Part shown: one piece after another, positions 57,440 to 64,000 of the stretch
Layout: each line of letters begins with the position of its first letter
How positions within the stretch are numbered: the first letter of the stretch is position 1
NCBI GenBank assembly: GCA_964016885.1
Contig: OZ024743.1
Span: forward strand, 26,350,001-26,414,000
DNA: 64,000 nt
Source of the DNA: Eledone cirrhosa
Taxonomy: Eukaryota
Direction of reading: 5' to 3'
Translations under genes and position numbers: made by a program
The notes under the pieces: model-generated
What the model was told of the DNA's origin: nothing
Seen by the model: only the letters and a program-made list of their open reading frames with translations
The model's database searches: none

Positions 57440-59060
57440 CACTCACATCTGTTATAATGTGTCCCTAATGTGTCCCTAATGTGTCTCTAAGGGAAAAATT
57501 TACATTTTTAGGATTAAAATGCCTGACAGTCGCATTTAGAGATTAAAATAAATGTCCGAGTTTCTCATTTTCTTACGATTCACTACAAATAATGGTTTCT
57601 GATTTAGGCAAAAGAGTTTGTAGGATTTAGAATCTACAATCCTTTGAAAAATGGGGACGGCATTACTACATCCCAAAGGAAGCCTAGTAAATTCATATAG
57701 TTTCTCTAATGTTTCAAATGTATTTAGATGATATTCTCTAGCAAACAGCGGTATTTGATTATGTGCTCTACAAAGACCAATAATTGAGAATATATAGCTT
57801 TGAGTAACCTTATTCATAAATGTATCAATATATTTAGCGTGTCTGTTTATGGTTTTAGAGTAGTCGATAAACTAACCCTCAGTTTAGAATTTTCGTTTAC
57901 AACAAAAACATTCATCTCCACAGACTTCTAGTTTTTTGGGGATTATCCCCCACTTAATACAGTTTTTATCAGATCGTTATTTTCATGATTATTATGTTAA
58001 TTTTATGTTAATATTATGTTGATACTAATACTTGGTATGAAATGTAGAGGTTCAACTTTTGATGTCTTCACTGAGAGACACACATTTAAGGTAAGAAATT
58101 CTAGCAATTGACTCTCTATTATGAATTCTCTATTATGAACACCTTCCGACACAGAGACATCCATAAATATACATAGTATAAGGGGAATCAGGGACAGAGA
58201 TCAATAATTGATTTTGTTATTGCCTCTGATCTCTTCGATTCTGTGCTGGATGTTCGTGTTAACTGAGGGGGCATACCAACGTTTTGGCAACAAAACAATT
58301 GACAGTCATGAGAATAATAGTATTATCAGAAAATGAGTTTCCCTTGCTATTATATTCTGGGTTGGTGTCTTTAACTACTGGATCCTTTAAATGTTTCTTC
58401 TTTTTTAAGTGAGCTTCCATAAGCTATAGCCTAGTGCCTTTATTTTATTACATTTATTACGTGTTGACAATTTGACTGGGCAGTTTTGTCTTGACTGTCT
58501 CTTACCACCACAAAAGAAACAGTTACTTTATTGTGTAATGGCCGCAATCGTTGATAGGTCTAGTTGTGGTGAGATATTAGAATAATTAGAATCATGAATT
58601 GCTGTTTCAAGTGTTGTTGCTACTTTATATAAGTCTTTTTCTCGTTGCTGTAATATTAAAACCAGCCAATAAGGCATCACGAATTATTAACTCCTTGTGT
58701 TGCAGGGAGCACAACGCTGATATAAGTATTTTCTGGGCCATAGGCTGTGGGCTATTTAGAAATTCATCTATTAATTCTCCTTCCTCGTGGCTACTTGTCA
58801 AAAGTTTATGACGTATGTATATAGTAAATGATGATTTTTTTTTGTTTTCAGACGATCGACAAGCATTACAGCAGCTTGAATAACGTTTGCTATCTGTGGC
58901 AGCCATTTTTCGTTCTAAGAAAGATGTCTGTTGTCGAAAACCAATACATTTATTTGTCAAATATTGGAATTGAAACTGCTTTCAAATCTTCAGATAATGC
59001 GTGGGAATCAGGTTAACAATAAGAGAATCATAATTTCTCCTTCTTTTCATGCCACATCAT
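56760..59060 (-). pseudogene. Old, decayed Gypsy gag-pol remnant
   Basis: RT: FSIIGLCRAHNQIPL...LYEFTRLPLGCSNAVPIFQRIVD. INT: LCHP...CITCNEIKPQF, IYSDR, ANGQCE. gag: LIIRDALLAG and CFFCG. Confidence 0.8.
57341..57436. repeat. (CA)n microsatellite
   Basis: Read directly from the sequence. Confidence 0.95.
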
Positions 59061-59163
59061 GCCTGATTATCGGCAATTATGTGATAAACAGTTGTGATAT
59101 ATATATATATATATATATATACAATATTAAATAAATGGAAAACTATATTTATAAAACCATATT

Positions 59164-59229
59164 TATTTCATTATATATATTTCGGGGATATCATATTAAC
59201 AATATGCTATGCCTTCATCAGACAAAATA
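59164..59229 (-). ncRNA. Type-I hammerhead ribozyme with palindromic stem III
   Basis: Minus strand: TATTTTGT-CTGATGA-[..CATATTgttAATATG..]-GAAA-TATATA-TA-ATGAAATA. 8-bp stem I with two G:U pairs. Confidence 0.75.
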
Positions 59230-60689
59230 CAATATAAACAGTTTTATAGATAAATAGATTCGACATACCGTAATAAACACCGACTTCATTTGAAGAGGTT
59301 TACGCTAGCAGTGAAAATTTTATACAGAGAGAAAGAAAGAGAGAAAAAAAGAAAGAAAGACAAAACGAAGAAAAGGAAGAAAAAGAAGAAAAAGAAAAAG
59401 AAGAAATGCATGGAGCAAAATAGAGAGATGGAAAGATAAAGCGAAGAGCTTCATGTAAAGAAACAGAAAGAGATATATATATAGAGAGAGAGAGGAAATA
59501 GAGATAGATACATATATATATAGAAAATTAGGTAGTGGGAGGTCATTTTGAGTAAGTGTATCAATGATACATTTATTTATTTATTTATTTATTTAGCTCA
59601 AGTATTAATGTAAGGGAGATATATATAGAGAGAGAAAAAAAATATAGAGAGAGGAAAAAATAGCGAGAGAAAAAATTTAAAAATAGCCAGACATATTTGA
59701 GGCGTAAAAAACCCTATGTTTTAATGTATTAGTATTTATAAAATTTACACTATATTGTAAATATCAGTATTCCTGAATGAAACAAGTATCCATAATGTGT
59801 GAAAATTAATTATCTTATGTTTAGTTTTAAAAAATTCATATGTTTATGTGACAGCTACAAACATCCATGTGAATCCAACTGATTCACTCTGCAAACTCTA
59901 GGTTACCGGAAAACATTCTCAATGTGGTATAAAAATTTGAGCGTATTATTATTCCTGTCATTACTCTACAAGATTATCTATCAAGCAGAAATAGAGAGCA
60001 GATTTCAATATACTAATAAAAATATATATTATATTATAAACAAAATTAAAAATAAAAAAATAACAATAATAATAATAAGTAAAAATATAGAATAGAAAAC
60101 TAAAAAAAAAAAAATATTACGAAAGAATATTACATAATAAAAATATTACATATTAAAAATACTACGTATTAAAAAATATTACGTATTAAAAATTTAGATA
60201 TTAAAGATATTAAAAATAAAATAAAAATAAAAATAAAAAATAAAAATATTATAGAATACTACAATACTAAAAAATAAAAATAAAAATAAAAATAAAAATA
60301 AAAATAAAAATAAACCACAAAGAACAACCCTTCAAAGTTAATTGACAATATATTGCCAAGTTCATTACAAGACAAAGCCAAAAATTATCTATCAAATCAC
60401 ATCTAGCAAAGAACATTTCAAAAAGATTATGATGTCCAATTAGGTCTATATATGTTCTTATATTTAATATAGAAGTTTATTTAGTGTAAGGTTAATTCAA
60501 AAAAAAAATTTGGAGCATCAGCTTTTAGGGTAGCTTAATTTTTCATGAGGAATGTTTAGATAAAAATAAAATAAAAATAAACAATAAAAAAAGAGTAAAA
60601 AGAGGGAATCAAAGATTTAGGAATCAAAAAATTTATCGGCTAGTTCCCGTATAATTATAAATCAAACTAAATATACTACATTTTAAATT

Positions 60690-61299
60690 TAAATTTATAT
60701 TTAAACGTTGAGTTTAATCTATGTTTGCAACAACTGAATAAATTTGTCCGTAGGTTAAGGGAATTTTTAGATTTTAGTATAAAGAATATCTCCTCTGCGC
60801 AGAGGTCACATGTCTCAGAGGATGAATTAAAAGGAATCCCTCTTGAGACTATATTCCAAGCCGTCGAATATCTAACGTTATCTAGCTTAAGTTGCCAGAG
60901 TACGCCTGATAGTGCCGTTGAAGATTTTTTACTTGGATCTGTGAAAGAATTCTTGTGGTTATTATAGCGAAGTTTAAATTCCGTCGATGTGGAACCGACG
61001 TAGTTAAAAGAATTAGAGTCAGTATTAACATTACAATTGTATACTATATTTTTAACTAAGCAGTTGTTATTTAACGGACATTTAGATCTATCTCTACAGT
61101 TACATTTGTTAACTTGTATATTATTTATGCTATTATCAGTAGGTTTTAAGTTCCTATTATTTATTCTATTAATATTTTGTGCTAAATTTTTGGTGGATGA
61201 GTAGGTTAATTTAATTGTATGCCTATTGAAGATTGAGTGCTTTTATATCAGTTATAAATATTTACTAGTTGTAACCCAACAATTTTAAATATAACTTTA
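60690..61299 (-). pseudogene. Penelope-like element GIY-YIG endonuclease domain (frameshifted, 5'-truncated); absent from the ORF track
   Basis: Manual translation: IFNRHTIKLTYS...CNCRDRSKCPLNNNCLVKNIVYNC...NYVGSTSTEFKLRYNNHKNSF / STALS..LWQLK...WNIV...CDLCAEEIFFI...LN.R..LFSCCKH. Confidence 0.9.
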
Positions 61300-61356
61300 C
61301 ATATATATATATATATATATATACGCATATATATACATATATGTGTGTGTGTGCGC

Positions 61357-61605
61357 GTGTCTGTAACTCCCATGAACTCAAAATAGTATATCTCATTTAT
61401 TCTCAATAGATATATAACTCCCAACGAATAATTGTTTCTACTTTAGGCACAAGGCCAGAAATTACCCAGTGCATTACTGGTACTTTATTGCACTGGGTAA
61501 TTGCTGGCCTTGTGCCTAAAGTAGAAACAATTATTCGTTGGGAGTTATATATCTATTGAGAATAAATGAGATATACTATTTTGAGTTCATGGGAGTTACA
61601 GACAC
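61357..61605. repeat. 117-bp inverted repeat (one mismatch) with 15-bp spacer, made of a SINE tail plus unique flank
   Basis: 61357-61473 is the reverse complement of 61489-61605. Confidence 0.92.
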
Positions 61606-61754
61606 AATAATGATAGGTAATTATAAATAATTAGGAGATGCCTCATTAGTATTTTTTTTTTATATGAATTGACACAGTCCCAGACCTCATTCGCTTACTG
61701 AGTGAGGTGGAACTCGTCAGATCGGACCATGGAAATAATGTTTCCATTGGTCTT

Positions 61755-61870
61755 TCCAGTCGCAACTCTTGAAATAAAGCGTCTTGCTCAGGGATACAAC
61801 GCATCGCTCGGCATGGGAATCGAACTCAAGATTGTAAATCTAAATCCCCAACCACTAAGCCACGCGCCTT
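61755..61870 (-). mobile_element. CORE-type SINE S2 fragment
   Basis: GTCTTGCTCAGGGATAC, GGAATCGAACTC and AACCACTAAGCCACGCGCC blocks. Confidence 0.65.
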
Positions 61871-62265
61871 CACTAGTTTCTAGTGAGAAATAAAATAGAG
61901 AATATTTCTATACACTACATTTAAAAAGTTCGATTAGTTCTGAGTCAATATTTAACAATGTATATTTAGCCTTCCGCTGGAATAATTTTAGAGTTACATC
62001 ATCTACAACAAAATATTGCTCTACCAACTGAAACATCATGGTTTAGACAGTTTCTGCAAATTTGTTAATATATACACACTGGGCTTCTGTACAGTTTCTA
62101 ACTACCAAATTTAACTTCCAATGTGGCTTTAGGTTATGGTAGAAGACAGCTTCCCAAAGTATCAAGTTGTGGGATCAAATTCCATTGTACAATCGGAACT
62201 TGTGAAATGTATGATTTCTTTTTTCCTCCTTGCACTCATTTATTCTTTTCTGTGTTCCAGTACTA

Positions 62266-62456
62266 CAGATCTGTCAACCCTCTCCGTCGGACGGAGCGAC
62301 CCACCCACTTTGAGGTGGGTGAGAGATGCCTTCACTTGTGAAAATGGGTATAGCTTTCATTATGTAAAATCTCCCCATTTTGCCTCATTTCTCTCCGTTT
62401 TGTGGCACTTTTTTCATGGTACTCTCCGTTTGGGTTTTTAGAGGTTGGCAGGTCTG
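62266..62456 (-). mobile_element. MITE family A copy
   Basis: TIRs CAGATCTGTCAAC / GTTGGCAGGTCTG; exact 6-bp TSD GTACTA. Confidence 0.88.
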
Positions 62457-63344
62457 GTACTATGTCCATACCGAGGTTTCAAAAACAATGCTATAATTGA
62501 TCTAAGTAATCTACAAGGTCTTACTTCTGTTGTTAAGTTTAATCGATATTTCAACTTAGATTTCTGAAATGTAAAGTAAATAAGAGACAAAACTTGCCCT
62601 GGTGGGAACACTAGTCTATTCAAGTGAGTTATTCTCCAGAAATATCAAAACTGCAGCAACCAAGATTTAAAATACTTTGTTGTTTCAACATTTAACTATA
62701 TATTCATCAGCAAGTCCGGTGCCGGGATATTTAGCGCCCTTGGCTAACCCTACAGCATGCTCCCACTTCTCCAACTTCTAAGCTGGCAAACCTAATTTTG
62801 CCACATCTTTCTAAGTTTGCATTTTCTACCAAACACTGTCTACACTCATCCACACAAAATTATGTAATAAGTCATAATACTATACGACTGACTCCGCCAT
62901 TTTGGATATTTTTACAACACTTGCTAAACGGCAAAGATCTTTAATGATTTATTTGTTGATCGCAAGAAATTATTATATGTTTAAATTTCAAATTAATTAT
63001 ACAAATGCATCTCTCTGGGGTCTGCGTCCAATATGTAAAATTAAGCCCAGAGAGGGAAGGGCTCCGCCGAGCTGTATTTACCCAAGAAACAGCACCCCAA
63101 CGACTCTGGGTATCAAAGGAAAAATGAAGTGAAGTGAATGGAAAATAGACAAATATCTGTAGCGAAAGAAATCTTTTCCTATGGTGTTTTTCCTTTATGG
63201 CCACGACTACCAAAAGAGTGAACTGCGAGCCCGTTGGTAAGACAAAAGATAAATTTCCCTTGTGGAAGGACCTACAGCACCAATTGTACGAATGGATGAC
63301 ATTTTCTAAGATCATCTGTTTCTGTAAAGGAACTACCGGTCATT

Positions 63345-63508
63345 GAGGGTCGGACGCCATGCAGCATTGAGTTACGGCCCATTATGATCTGAGTTCAAAT
63401 CCCACCGAGGTTAACTTTGCCTTTCATCCTTACGGGGTCGATAAAATAAAGTATCAGTAATGCACTGGGGGTAATTGCTGGCCTTGTGTCAAAAGTAGAA
63501 ACAATTAT
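63345..63508 (+). mobile_element. SINE S1, 5'-truncated
   Basis: B-box, central block and AGTAGAAACAATTA tail. Confidence 0.85.
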
Positions 63509-63779
63509 AAATACGCTGTCATTTGGCACTAGCATCAGATATTTTCTGTCACATCACCTTGTCACTATTTTATGGGAACACTGCAAAGTAAATAAAGTGA
63601 TTCCACAGAAGCCTTAGTGAACACTATAATCAACGATTGTATTTACGATTTTTTATTGTACTTGTCGTGTTCGTCTTTTCTTCCACATCAAATAGACTTT
63701 ACTTCATATCTATCTGGAGTGCAATCTGTGTTAGTCTCAAACTTACTGTTTAGGTTAATGCTTGGATTAGTGTCTAGTC

Positions 63780-63930
63780 CAGTAGTTCCCAAAGTGGGTT
63801 CCGCAAAGGGGTGTCTGGAGTAAAGGAGTATATTTATATTACGACCATATAACAGTATTAAACTTTGGGGTTCCCCAAACGTTTCTGAACCAAAAAGGGT
63901 TCCTAGTTTGAAAACGATTGGCACACTCTG
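63780..63930. mobile_element. hAT-Charlie-type MITE
   Basis: Starts CAGTAGTTCCCAAA; exact 8-bp TSD GTCTAGTC. Confidence 0.8.
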
Positions 63931-64000
63931 GTCTAGTCAAATATTTGTATTAGCACCTAGATTAGTATATGGGTTAATCACCTGATTGTCAGGTTACTGT

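Noticed and set aside
62660-62715. Minus-strand CTGATGA...GAAA hammerhead candidate
   Set aside because: No stem I pairing across the putative cleavage site.
62715-63340. Possible hAT terminus and zinc-finger remnant
   Set aside because: No partner TIR or TSD and no convincing protein motif.

Overview
AT-rich eukaryotic intergenic or intronic DNA made almost entirely of repeats. The SINE families and very long (TA)n tracts suggest a cephalopod such as Octopus (inference from recognition, not tested). I find no host protein-coding gene; the long ORFs in the track are translations of simple or satellite repeats. Main contents: (1) a 4.5-kb patterned (TA)n region at 1.8-6.4 kb; (2) a 19.6-kb satellite of an 18-bp unit (22.6-42.2 kb) with higher-order duplications; (3) three decayed Gypsy-type LTR retroelements; (4) a decayed hAT-like transposase and several MITEs, including a five-copy family with 6-bp target-site duplications; (5) many tRNA-derived SINEs; (6) about ten Penelope-like element (PLE) remnants, most beside (TA)n runs. 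Five loci carry complete or near-complete type-I hammerhead ribozyme motifs from several unrelated sequence families (one locus holds two inverted copies), others carry half or degenerate motifs, and two remnants carry GIY-YIG endonuclease sequence. Several fold-back inverted duplications of flanking DNA next to microsatellites point to repeated template switching.
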